Source: an uncultured bacterium (GTDB taxonomy: Bacteria; Desulfobacterota_D; UBA1144; Nemesobacterales; UBA2774). From it: DNA of 64,000 nt. The stretch is taken from positions 2,080,001 to 2,144,000 of the forward strand of contig CAWGRW010000009.1 of NCBI GenBank assembly GCA_963825135.1. The letters are read 5' to 3'. A program made the position numbers and the translations under genes. Positions 28,606 through 37,837 of the stretch are shown piece after piece (position 1 is the first letter of the stretch; the number at the start of each line of letters is the position of its first letter). A model generated the notes under the pieces. It did no database searches. It was not told where the DNA came from and worked only from the letters and a program-made list of their open reading frames with translations.

Positions 28606-31452
28606 ATGAAGAAAAATTATAGGAACCTGAATCAGGCGCTTCTTACAGCGCTCATGACTTATTCCGGGAGAATTTGTTACAAGTCCAAGCGGGAGGGAGA
28701 GTTCCGGGATATATCGTTCGGGGATTTTAAGAAGCTGGTCCTCCGGTTGTCGGCATATCTTCTCGGCAAGGGGTTTGAACCCGGGTCGAGAGTAATAATT
28801 TTTTCGGAAAATTCGCCGGAGTGGATGGCTGTCTGTATAGCGTCCCTGTTTTCAGGCGGGATTGTCATTCCCGTAGCCGCGAATTCCAAGCCCGAACTAT
28901 TGAACCGCATACTAAAAGATTCATCGGCGTCGCTAGTGTTCGTGCAAAACGTTTTTCAGGCGGCCGGTGTCGGGAATATGTGTGAGAACAAACCTTCTAT
29001 AATAGTTATGGAGGATATCGACGGAAGCGGGGATCGGACGATGCACCTCACTTCTATTGGTAAAGGCTCAATTACGGAGGAGGATGTCAAAGCGGTAAAG
29101 ATACGCGCCGAGAGCGTAAACCCGGAATCTACTGCCCTAATTTTCTACACCGCCAAAGAGACAGGGGTTCCGAGGGGCGTCGTGTTCTCACACGGCAGGA
29201 TGCTCGATACACTCACCCACGTTTCGGAATGGTTTGGTCTGGACGAATTCGACCTGGGGTTCACATCTACGAACTGGAGCAATTTCCAGAGTTTCGTGAT
29301 CGCCCTCGAATACATATATTCAGGCATTGGGAATGCGCTCTCCCAGAGCATAGATACCGTATTCGAGGACCTTCAGCAGACGAGTCCCACTGTCACCATG
29401 ACAAGCCCATTTGCCCTGGAGTATATTCACAGACGAATTATGCACGAGCTTGACGAGATGCCTGAGTCGAGGCGGAAAATTTTCCAGTGGGCGCTTGCAC
29501 TTGGAAGGCAATACCGCTCCGAGGAGTCCACGGCGTCAAAGGAGCTGCGTGAGCAGTATACCCGCGCAGATATGGCATTTTTCGGGAGGATGAGGGCGAT
29601 ACTGGGAGGGAGGCTCCTGCGGATTTATTGCGCGGGTGCTCATTTGTCGAGGGAGCTCGCCGGTTTCGCCGAGGCCATAGGACTGTTGCCCCTGAACGTT
29701 TATTCAATCGTTGAGGCTGGCGGCTTTCCTGCCTTGAGCCGCCCTTACGCCCGCAGGATGGGTTCCTGCGGTCAGGTCGCTCCGGGTTTCCAGATAAGAA
29801 TCTCGGACGAAGGCGAAGTCCTGGTGCGAGGAGAAACGGTTTCCGCCAGTTACTGGAACTCCCAGGAGCAATATGAGAATCTCTTTGACAGGGACGGGTG
29901 GTTCCGTACCGGAGATTTGGGGAAGTTCGACCAGGACGGGTATCTGTTCCTGACCGGTCATAAGGAGTCAATTTTCCTCCTGTCAAACGGCCATAAAATC
30001 GTACCGTCCAAAATTGAGAACTATATCGCGGACAACCCCTTCATAACGCAAGCCCTCGTATTCGGCGAAGGTAAATCCTATGTGTCTGCTTTGATCGTTC
30101 CGAATTTTCAGGTAATCGGGGAATATCTAACCGCTTATGAATCTTCACAACAAAACGGCGACATGCCTATCGATACGTTTAATCCGGCGGTTAAGGCGCT
30201 CATAGATAAAACGGTCTCGGATGTAAATAATCAGCTGAACGTGTGGGAAAAGATACAGGCGTATACGATGATCGATAAGCCATTCAGCGGGTATGGTTCG
30301 GATTCGGCGGAGCTCGAAAGGAGCGACCGGGCCGAAGTTCTAAAGAAATACTCGCTCTATATCAACGCTATGTATCCCGACACCCTCAAGATCGATAACG
30401 ACGATATAAAGCTCGTGCAGCTCGATCCCGACCAGCTTCGCGACCTTCTCGAAAAGCAGGACATTCTGACCGCATGGATGGAAGAAGCCGGCATCGGGTT
30501 TTTGCTGGATCTCGCGCGTTCCAAAGGCATTGACGCACTATCCATGGTGAACATTTGCGAGACCGCGACCAGCATCGCGCAGATGCAGAGCGAGGAAAAA
30601 CCTATATCCACCGCTCTTATCGTTGGCGATCCGACGCACATATCCAGCGTGCTGCCCGACGGGGAGATACAATTTCACCGTTTCGATCATATAAGGCGTA
30701 TGCAGCAGGTGGTTATCGCCCTGGCGAAAATAGTCGACGGTGTGGTGCTGGGTTACGGGATAGATAAATACGGGTATCTGAGGCGTGTCCATAAGCTGGA
30801 AATAGATGCGGATGGTCCGTCTAACTTTCTCCTGGGTCCGCAGTTCAGGAAGCATGCCGCGATATCGAGCAAGTGCGATGCGATTGTATTCTATGTGCCG
30901 GTAGGCGGCAGGCAGGTGCGGGTATTTTCGGACGGGCAGATGGTCGCGAGGTATTCGAACGGGAACTGGATGGCCGAGAACTTTCCGCACATCGACGAGA
31001 CCGTCGAAAGGCTTGCTCTCAAAAAGAGCTATGACGTCGAACTCCTGAGGCGAATTTTTCGTTGTGCTTTCCTGATGTCGGAGAGGAACCTGGGAGCTAT
31101 TTTCGTTGTCGGTGAGTCTGATAAAATATTGAAGAAGTCGGACCCTCCTGAAATAAGCCCTTACGCGACGATAACCAATGCTTATATAGGCAAATTGACG
31201 GACAGCGAGATAATAAATTTTGCGAAACAGGACGGGGCGACTATAATAGATTCGGCCGAAGGCGCGTTTCGGGGCTGTATGGTACTTCTACGTCCCAGCG
31301 CCGATACCCAGGCGGAGATAGGGATAGGCAAGGGCTCGAGACACTCGAGCGCGTCAAAAATGAGCGCAGAGGCGGGGTGTCTTGCAATCACTGTATCCCA
31401 GGACGGTCCGATCACCGTGTACGACAGCGGGGAGCGTATTATGACCATATAG
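28606..31452 (+). CDS. AMP-binding (acyl-CoA synthetase-like) domain fused to C-terminal diadenylate cyclase (DisA_N) domain(s)
   Basis: ANL motifs GEVLVRG, GWFRTGDLG, NGHKIVPSKIE; DAC motifs GAIFVV, KQDGA (31231), GSRHSSA (31339), ITVSQDG. Confidence 0.85.
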   Translation: MKKNYRNLNQALLTALMTYSGRICYKSKREGEFRDISFGDFKKLVLRLSAYLLGKGFEPGSRVIIFSENSPEWMAVCIASLFSGGIVIPVAANSKPELLNRILKDSSASLVFVQNVFQAAGVGNMCENKPSIIVMEDIDGSGDRTMHLTSIGKGSITEEDVKAVKIRAESVNPESTALIFYTAKETGVPRGVVFSHGRMLDTLTHVSEWFGLDEFDLGFTSTNWSNFQSFVIALEYIYSGIGNALSQSIDTVFEDLQQTSPTVTMTSPFALEYIHRRIMHELDEMPESRRKIFQWALALGRQYRSEESTASKELREQYTRADMAFFGRMRAILGGRLLRIYCAGAHLSRELAGFAEAIGLLPLNVYSIVEAGGFPALSRPYARRMGSCGQVAPGFQIRISDEGEVLVRGETVSASYWNSQEQYENLFDRDGWFRTGDLGKFDQDGYLFLTGHKESIFLLSNGHKIVPSKIENYIADNPFITQALVFGEGKSYVSALIVPNFQVIGEYLTAYESSQQNGDMPIDTFNPAVKALIDKTVSDVNNQLNVWEKIQAYTMIDKPFSGYGSDSAELERSDRAEVLKKYSLYINAMYPDTLKIDNDDIKLVQLDPDQLRDLLEKQDILTAWMEEAGIGFLLDLARSKGIDALSMVNICETATSIAQMQSEEKPISTALIVGDPTHISSVLPDGEIQFHRFDHIRRMQQVVIALAKIVDGVVLGYGIDKYGYLRRVHKLEIDADGPSNFLLGPQFRKHAAISSKCDAIVFYVPVGGRQVRVFSDGQMVARYSNGNWMAENFPHIDETVERLALKKSYDVELLRRIFRCAFLMSERNLGAIFVVGESDKILKKSDPPEISPYATITNAYIGKLTDSEIINFAKQDGATIIDSAEGAFRGCMVLLRPSADTQAEIGIGKGSRHSSASKMSAEAGCLAITVSQDGPITVYDSGERIMTI

Positions 31453-31533
31453 ATTGGACCGGCTCACTCTGATTTCTTTGAGTGAGACGGTATCCGGCGG
31501 CCAAGCAAAAAAGAGCCTGAAATATTATTAAAG

Positions 31534-31562
31534 TTGACGGCAGGATTTAAATAAGTTAAAAT
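31534..31562 (+). promoter_or_regulatory. Sigma70 promoter of the cold-shock gene
   Basis: TTGACG-N17-TAAAAT, about 100 nt upstream of the start, consistent with a long csp leader. Confidence 0.7.
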
Positions 31563-31664
31563 ACAGTTAAGGTTGCAGTAGTTCTTGTCAAATGTAAGAT
31601 TACCATCTGAAAGCGATTTTGAACCACTTGCATAACCCAATTTAAAATAGGAGGTAGCACCCTA

Positions 31665-31874
31665 ATGGCAGAACGTAAAATTGGCACTGTAAAGTGGTTC
31701 AATTCTACAAAAGGTTTCGGTTTCATTGAGGTAGAGAACGGCGAAGACGTTTTCGTACATTACAGTGAAATTAAAGCGACCGGCTTCCGCACGTTGGAAG
31801 AAGGTCAGCGCGTAGAGTTCACCGTTGTAAAGGGACAGAAAGGTCCCCAGGCTCAGAATGTAGTACTGGCTTAA
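31665..31874 (+). CDS. Cold-shock protein (CspA family)
   Basis: GTVKWFN, KGFGFI and DVFVHY motifs; AGGAGG RBS. Confidence 0.97.
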   Translation: MAERKIGTVKWFNSTKGFGFIEVENGEDVFVHYSEIKATGFRTLEEGQRVEFTVVKGQKGPQAQNVVLA

Positions 31875-31886
31875 CGGAAAAAATTG

Positions 31887-31922
31887 GTGAGCCGGATACC
31901 CCGGCTCACTTCTTTCCTTTTA
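31887..31922 (+). terminator. Intrinsic terminator
   Basis: GTGAGCCGG/CCGGCTCAC stem followed by a T-rich tail. Confidence 0.8.
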
Positions 31923-31933
31923 TTAACCCCTGT

Positions 31934-32770
31934 CTACTCAAAAGCTCTTATGCTTCCGATCTTAAACTTCTGGTTTCCGGTGATCTGATTAAATTCCACC
32001 CGGCTGTTTACGTTCGGGATCTCGGGTTTGAAGGCGAAGTTCGTTATAGGCTTTCCGAAAATCAAGTCTTTTATCAGGGCGATGAACTGCGGTGACTCGG
32101 CCATGTTCTTATAGGTAATCACAAGCTTCCTCGGGACCGGGCGTTTGCCGTCTTCGATCCAGATCTGCCAGTCAATATCCTTCTCGACGAATACCAGATG
32201 GTGGCAATTCGTGCCCATGACCTTGCTTAGACCAAAATAGGCCCCGGAAATAACATCAGCTGTCATTGCCTTGTACGTATCTATAAAAAGAAACTCGCTC
32301 AGAGCGGGGGTAAACTGATATTCCTCTTTCAGCTTATTCAGTGCCTGGTCTACAGAAGGGGGAAGCGTCGCGAGTGAGAAATCGTTAAGCGGCACTTCAA
32401 GGAGCGTCGCCTGTCCTGCGTCATACCAGAGTTTGTATCCCCCGAGGTCGGTTATATATCCCACGTAAAATTTATCCGGTTTCTTGAGGTATACGGTTTC
32501 TTCCGCGTTGTATTGAATCTTCTGTTTGGATTCCAGCACATCGTCGAACATCATTTCCGCTTTAAATGTATATTCATATTGACTGCCCATATAGTAGCTC
32601 ATGGCCTGAAGGACGGCTGCAGCCTTAGGGTCTATATTCGGATTCGCATCCTGGGCGTTGGCGCTAACCTGCAGGAACAACGAGCCGTAGCCCGCAAATA
32701 ATACGGCAATGAATATATAGAGTGAGATTGAACTCAGCTTCTTTGGTAAACAGTGTGCAGCTCTAATCAT
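31934..32770 (-). CDS. DUF2092-type periplasmic protein
   Basis: KKPDKF, CHHLVF..DIDWQIWI and PRKLVITYK motifs; signal peptide. Confidence 0.8.
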   Translation of the reverse strand: MIRAAHCLPKKLSSISLYIFIAVLFAGYGSLFLQVSANAQDANPNIDPKAAAVLQAMSYYMGSQYEYTFKAEMMFDDVLESKQKIQYNAEETVYLKKPDKFYVGYITDLGGYKLWYDAGQATLLEVPLNDFSLATLPPSVDQALNKLKEEYQFTPALSEFLFIDTYKAMTADVISGAYFGLSKVMGTNCHHLVFVEKDIDWQIWIEDGKRPVPRKLVITYKNMAESPQFIALIKDLIFGKPITNFAFKPEIPNVNSRVEFNQITGNQKFKIGSIRAFE

Positions 32771-33112
32771 AATACCCCCTCCTTTTTCCTTGTGGTAAGC
32801 CCGCATTTTATTTTTGTAAAGCTTCCCAGCAGTTTATACAGTATCATAATTCTTTCACGGTTTTCAACCTTCGGCCATAGAGTCCGGACAGGATACCGGC
32901 TATCCCCTCGTTACGACCTTCGTCTGCGGGGACTATTAGAACTCTTCCGGCACCATGCCTGATCTGAATCTATTCTATTGACTGTATTGACATAAAATTG
33001 AAAGAGACCAATAATTAGGCAAACGTTTAATCAATCCCGGGTGTAAGCCTTGAGCGGGACGGAGGGCGGGAGATTTCTTTCAATAATTCAAATGGGTAAG
33101 GAGATGAGAGAT

Positions 33113-34336
33113 ATGAACTTTTTGCGTGCCGTCATTGTGGTTCTTTTTGCCGTTAATTTGTTCTTTATTCCGCGCTCGCACGCGGGATTCAGCTTCGTGC
33201 CGAACGATTTGATGACTACCCCGTTCGGCCCTGCATATGCCGATATATTACTCGAACCTACGAATTTTCTGCCGTGCGAAGGGGGACCGTATGCCCTCTG
33301 TTATTACTCGGGCCCCGGACCAGAGACATGCGAGCTTACCGGGGACGGTACGTTCGCAAATTGCAAGTGCTTCGAAATCGCGTATGGGAAATATTTCGTC
33401 GATATAAACGCAATACTCGATAAGGACATATATCTCGATACTGTGGATGTATGCGGCGCCGACGGAAGCGGTTGTCAGACGACGAACTCGGCTCCTGTCT
33501 GCGAATCTATAAACAGCGGGAGTTTTATTCCCGGGGCTGACGTCATATCCGTGTTCAGCTTCGATTGCATCCCTGAGGAGGGTATAGGAGATACGAACTG
33601 TCCGCAATCCCTTTATGCCGGGTGCATGACGGCTCCCTGTCTCAGGACCGGGGAGGAGGGGATAGTGCAATGCTCGTGTCCGACCTACGACGGGCCCTAT
33701 CAGGTGGGGCTCGATAATCAGGCCTGCGTGCTGGAGGACGACCTCGTGTGGTCAGCCGCATACAACCCGAATATCACCGGCACAGCGCCGGTACCGCCTC
33801 CGGGAGGCTGCATACCCGACGCGCCGGAATCGGTCGGAGGTTGTCCGCTTATCAGCGAGGACATTCCTCCTCCCCCGCCTAACGTCGACTGCGGTGAGGT
33901 GTGCGAGGAGTATGACAGCTGTGTTAGTTCCAATGACCTCCAATCCGGGTATACATGCGACGCTACTTTGTGTACATCGCGGTGTAACGACAGGGGGCTC
34001 GTGGGGGAAGCGTGCTCCGGACTTCAGGGCTGTGCAATTTCGGAGATAGTCAAGCTCGAATCGGAGGTCGGGTGCAGCTGCTGCGCGAGCCAGATTTGCG
34101 GCTGTGACGCTGACAGCAAAACCGACAAAGCGGTGTTCGGACTCAATAAGCGACAGAGGGAGAAGGGTATAACACCCCAGTGCGATATAAACGGCACGCT
34201 TTGCGGGGAGAGTAAGCATAACGGGGGCTCGGGCTGCGCTCTCGCCGCCGAGGGCGGGGACGGAAGCTTTCCGCTACTTTTCATGTTGCCTGCACTTGTG
34301 GTTGCGGTAAGATTATGGAGAAAGTCCCGCTATTGA
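33113..34336 (+). CDS. Cys-rich secreted protein with a C-terminal GGxGC-TM-basic sorting signal
   Basis: Signal peptide; 33 Cys counted; ends GGSGCALAA..hydrophobic..WRKSRY. Confidence 0.8.
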   Translation: MNFLRAVIVVLFAVNLFFIPRSHAGFSFVPNDLMTTPFGPAYADILLEPTNFLPCEGGPYALCYYSGPGPETCELTGDGTFANCKCFEIAYGKYFVDINAILDKDIYLDTVDVCGADGSGCQTTNSAPVCESINSGSFIPGADVISVFSFDCIPEEGIGDTNCPQSLYAGCMTAPCLRTGEEGIVQCSCPTYDGPYQVGLDNQACVLEDDLVWSAAYNPNITGTAPVPPPGGCIPDAPESVGGCPLISEDIPPPPPNVDCGEVCEEYDSCVSSNDLQSGYTCDATLCTSRCNDRGLVGEACSGLQGCAISEIVKLESEVGCSCCASQICGCDADSKTDKAVFGLNKRQREKGITPQCDINGTLCGESKHNGGSGCALAAEGGDGSFPLLFMLPALVVAVRLWRKSRY

Positions 34337-34375
34337 TTGGAGAAGTCCGTGGGTAAAAAAAGCGTATATATCGGA

Positions 34376-34579
34376 ATGAGAAAAGTGCTTATCGCTCTGG
34401 CAATCGTCACGATCCTGTCGGCGGCAGTCATTTATCTGACGTCGACACCCGTAAAGTGCGACGACTGCAATCAGGGGAATAAGTGCAGCACTTCCTTTGA
34501 CTGCGGGGAGATCGGGGTCTGTTATTGTCAGTATACCTTCGAGGAGGAGAACGGCGAAGGTACCTGTTTTTTTGAATAG
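34376..34579 (+). CDS. Small Cys-rich exported or anchored peptide
   Basis: N-terminal hydrophobic helix, then 7 Cys in about 40 aa. Confidence 0.6.
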   Translation: MRKVLIALAIVTILSAAVIYLTSTPVKCDDCNQGNKCSTSFDCGEIGVCYCQYTFEEENGEGTCFFE

Positions 34580-34646
34580 CGAGGCTGTCCGGCAGATACC
34601 ATGGAGCGTGCTTCCCGCATGTCCCGGCGGCGATTACCAGAGTTGT

Positions 34647-35339
34647 CTACTTACACCCTTTTCTTAATTGTTCGAGCGACGTATTGAATCCCCTCAGCGC
34701 GGGCGGTATGTCGATGCTGAACAGCATTATATCCACAGGCTCCACGTCCTGCTGATATGCATTGAAAGTATCCCCGCTATCGTAAACGAGCGTGCCGCCG
34801 GATGCGTCATACGCCTTAACCTGGCCGCCTGCGGGTCCGGCGTAGGCTATGAAGGATTTCGGCGTTTCGTTGCCTGTCCCCGAACCAGAAACCGTATTAT
34901 CGTGATTCAGCTGAACCTGATCGCCGAGAACGGACTTTACGCCGCTTCTGTCCATGACGAGCACTACGAGTCCCCCGCCGTTTTCATTGAAGGTCTCAAG
35001 GTTCGTAATCTGAAAGAATATAGGGGGGGCGAATTTCCCGGAATCCGTGTAGCGGCATCCGAGAAGTCCCGTGCCTGCAAAATCGTCCCTGCCGGGAGCC
35101 ACATGGATCGACGGGATTGCGAGAATGCATTCGGCTCTGCAGATTATATTCTGCGGGATGGAGTTATTCGGGTCTCCTTTCACATCCGCCGAAATGCCGT
35201 TGATGAATTTAGAGGAATTGTCGGATATGGTCTGGACGGGGGTTTTGACATTAAATCCTTCTGTCTGTGCGAAGGATGAAACACCGGTGAGTATTGCAAA
35301 TAAAGCGGCGGACATGATCGGCATTGCAAATTTTATCAT
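34647..35339 (-). CDS. Divergent SYLF/Ysc84-like lipid-binding protein
   Basis: IP..II.RAECILAIP, GTGLLGCR, PPIFF and LVVLVM resemble the SYLF domain; signal peptide. Confidence 0.55.
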   Translation of the reverse strand: MIKFAMPIMSAALFAILTGVSSFAQTEGFNVKTPVQTISDNSSKFINGISADVKGDPNNSIPQNIICRAECILAIPSIHVAPGRDDFAGTGLLGCRYTDSGKFAPPIFFQITNLETFNENGGGLVVLVMDRSGVKSVLGDQVQLNHDNTVSGSGTGNETPKSFIAYAGPAGGQVKAYDASGGTLVYDSGDTFNAYQQDVEPVDIMLFSIDIPPALRGFNTSLEQLRKGCK

Positions 35340-35435
35340 TAGCGGGGTCTCCGGGAAAATAGAATGTAAAAAAAACTGACGACACATTAAACTATTCGAG
35401 AAAAGTTAAGGTACCGTTAAGATAGAGTTAAAATT

Positions 35436-35954
35436 CTATTTGCGCTCCATCATAATTTGAAGGGAAGGCAGAAACGGAATATCCGTAATTCCGGGATCGA
35501 TTCCGAGCTGCTTAATTAATGTCGTTATTTGACCACGGTGGTGCGTTTGATGATTGAACATGTGCGCGGCAAGTATCCATCTCGGAAACGTCCTGGTCTG
35601 CCCGTCCACATTGCTGATATATACGTAATCACGGTCCATGTATTCCCCGGTCAATGTCCCCGCCCACTCAATCAATTCGATGTCGATTTTTTCCTGGGCC
35701 GCTCTCAGATCGTCAAAATCCTCGAAAATATCGACGCCTAATTCCCGCGGGGTGAATTTAGTGTCGCGGAGTCTTTCAAGCCAGGCTATGTCACCGTAAT
35801 AAATATGGTTCAGGGTGCCGTGTATCGATTTGAAGTATGTCCCCAGATCCTTCTTTCGGTCGTTATCCGGGATCCGGCCGCATACGTCGTACAGCTTGCC
35901 GTCCATCCACAGGTTATATTGAGCCATGAGTTCGTAGTAATTTTTTGGGAACAA
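35436..35954 (-). CDS. DinB/YfiT-family protein
   Basis: YNLW, FKSIHGTLNHI and HMFNHQTHHRGQ motifs. Confidence 0.93.
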   Translation of the reverse strand: MFPKNYYELMAQYNLWMDGKLYDVCGRIPDNDRKKDLGTYFKSIHGTLNHIYYGDIAWLERLRDTKFTPRELGVDIFEDFDDLRAAQEKIDIELIEWAGTLTGEYMDRDYVYISNVDGQTRTFPRWILAAHMFNHQTHHRGQITTLIKQLGIDPGITDIPFLPSLQIMMERK

Positions 35955-36025
35955 AGGGGGAGCGCCTCGTTTGTCTCCTGGATAAGGTCGTAATCCTGTA
36001 TGTTAAGGCGGCCCCTGTATGAGTC

Positions 36026-36373
36026 CTAGATCAAATGATATATGAGCATAAAGACGTATCGGAGGTTCCTCACCTTATCCCTCACTTCATGCGTGTCGCT
36101 CATGGTCCTTACCTGGAGCTCGAGGAAGCTGTTATAGTGTCTGGCGACAATCTCGAATTCTTGAAAGTTTATTCTTATCGGGTCATGGATCATCAGGGGA
36201 CGGACGTTTAGCCTGGCGCTTTCCACGATAATATCGTCTCCATCCATATGTGCATGGAACCAGCGCTCGGAATCGGGCAGGGGCAGCTCAATCCCCGTAC
36301 CTATTTTCGATTTCAGGAGCTCCCATTCTTCTTTTTTGGAATCGCTGAATTCAATCTTTCTGTCGAATAGCAC
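36026..36373 (-). CDS. Hypothetical protein
   Basis: 115-aa ORF with a GTG start and AGGAGG RBS. Confidence 0.65.
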   Translation of the reverse strand: MLFDRKIEFSDSKKEEWELLKSKIGTGIELPLPDSERWFHAHMDGDDIIVESARLNVRPLMIHDPIRINFQEFEIVARHYNSFLELQVRTMSDTHEVRDKVRNLRYVFMLIYHLI

Positions 36374-36500
36374 TATTCACTACCTCCTTTGGCGTTAACA
36401 AAGCCGCAGTGAGACTGTAACAGGTTTTTACAGAAATGCTAGTATCTTGAGTTCTTCCTGCTTCCCGGTTACGCGGTGCATAACTCTGGCGCGTTTACAA

Positions 36501-36974
36501 TTACTCGTCATTCACTATGGGCGTATTCTGGTTAACGACGGGGTCGGGTTCGTTTACGACGGCTTCGGGCTCTTCTACGGCGGGTCCTGGCTCGTCCTGT
36601 ACGTCCCCATTGTCGTCGGCCTGCTGAGGTTCGGGTTCGTTTACCACGTTTACGTTCTCGTTTATTACAGGCTCGCCGGGCTGTATTATGTAGGGCTCTG
36701 TCTGGTCTATAGGCGGATCAGGCTCAGTGATTACGCTATCGGGCGAGAGAGCAGGGTCGTCGATATCGCCGGGCTCGGGGGCCTGGGGGGTGTCCGGAAT
36801 AGGGGGCGCCATGTCATCGTCATCGTATTGGACCAGCAGGGTCCCTTTGCCGGAGGATAACACAGACGCGCTGGCGGTATCAGAGCTCGCGAATAATGCT
36901 GTGAGACCCGGAAGGGCCATTAACGCTAATAATACATATCCTGCCGGTAATATATTATGTTTAAAGTTTTTCAT
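36501..36974 (-). CDS. Secreted acidic Pro-rich low-complexity protein
   Basis: AGGAGA RBS, hydrophobic N-terminus, D/E/P-rich body; paralogous to 37087..37794. Confidence 0.7.
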   Translation of the reverse strand: MKNFKHNILPAGYVLLALMALPGLTALFASSDTASASVLSSGKGTLLVQYDDDDMAPPIPDTPQAPEPGDIDDPALSPDSVITEPDPPIDQTEPYIIQPGEPVINENVNVVNEPEPQQADDNGDVQDEPGPAVEEPEAVVNEPDPVVNQNTPIVNDE

Positions 36975-37086
36975 GCTTTCTCTCCTGTTGCTCTATTTAG
37001 TTGTTATATTGACCTTTTGTAAAATTGTCAATAGGCTGTCGATATCGCTCTGAGCGAGCGCGGTCCTATCTATAAGCCCTGAGTTC

Positions 37087-37794
37087 CTAGTGCGCCAGGG
37101 GTGCGGGATGAATAACGAGCGGGGCGGGCTGTCTTACGAGGGGCGCCGGGTGATTGACGAGCGGAGCGGACTGCCCTACGAGGGGAGCAGGTTGGATAAC
37201 GAGCGGGGCGGGCTGACGTACAAGCGGCGAGGGCTGCTCAACGAGCGGATATCCCTGGTCGACGAGAGGCCGGGCCTGCTCGACTAGAGGGTATGGTTGG
37301 CCGACTAGGGGTGCTGTATGTTCTACAAGAGGGCCGGGCCTGTCAACTAGCGGCGGGGGCTCGTCTACTAAAGGGTCGGGTTGTTCCACCAAAGGCGCCT
37401 GCTCGTCCGATAAAAACTCTTCATTTTCCTGGAACTCTTGCGGATCTCCGTCCTGATAATTTTCGGATTCGTCTCCATATGTATCAGGGTCCTCAACGTA
37501 GGGCTCGGTTTCGTCGACAGGCGGGTTGGGCTCGGAGGCTGTGCCGTCCGCGGACTGCGCGTCGTCTTCAATTTCACCCGGCTCCCCCGCCTGGGTTACA
37601 TCGGGTACCGTAACCGGCGCAATGCCGCCTTCGTCGTATTGAACGCGTGTTCGACCGGAGTCGGAGGATAAAGCGGCCCCTGACGCAGGGATGAAATCAG
37701 TCGTTAGAATGAATAGGGAAATTCCCGCCGCGATTAGAAGCAAGTGAAAAAAAGACGGTTCTGCGCGGGCTGAGTGTTCGCTTGACTCTCTCAT
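37087..37794 (-). CDS. Secreted acidic protein with a 7-aa xxPxPLV repeat tail
   Basis: Hydrophobic N-terminus; about 15 heptads (e.g. EQPDPLV, RQPAPLV) at the C-terminus. Confidence 0.75.
   Translation of the reverse strand: MRESSEHSARAEPSFFHLLLIAAGISLFILTTDFIPASGAALSSDSGRTRVQYDEGGIAPVTVPDVTQAGEPGEIEDDAQSADGTASEPNPPVDETEPYVEDPDTYGDESENYQDGDPQEFQENEEFLSDEQAPLVEQPDPLVDEPPPLVDRPGPLVEHTAPLVGQPYPLVEQARPLVDQGYPLVEQPSPLVRQPAPLVIQPAPLVGQSAPLVNHPAPLVRQPAPLVIHPAPLAH
37090..37404. repeat. Degenerate 21-bp coding tandem repeat (about 15 units)
   Basis: Recurring ACGAGCGGGGCGGGCTG-like units spaced 21 bp apart. Confidence 0.85.
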
Positions 37795-37837
37795 TGTGCG
37801 TTATTACTGCTTTCAGGACTTATCGTAGGGATATAAT

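Noticed and set aside
37090..37404. Possible CRISPR-like array
   Set aside because: Contiguous in-frame 21-bp coding units with no spacers and no cas genes.
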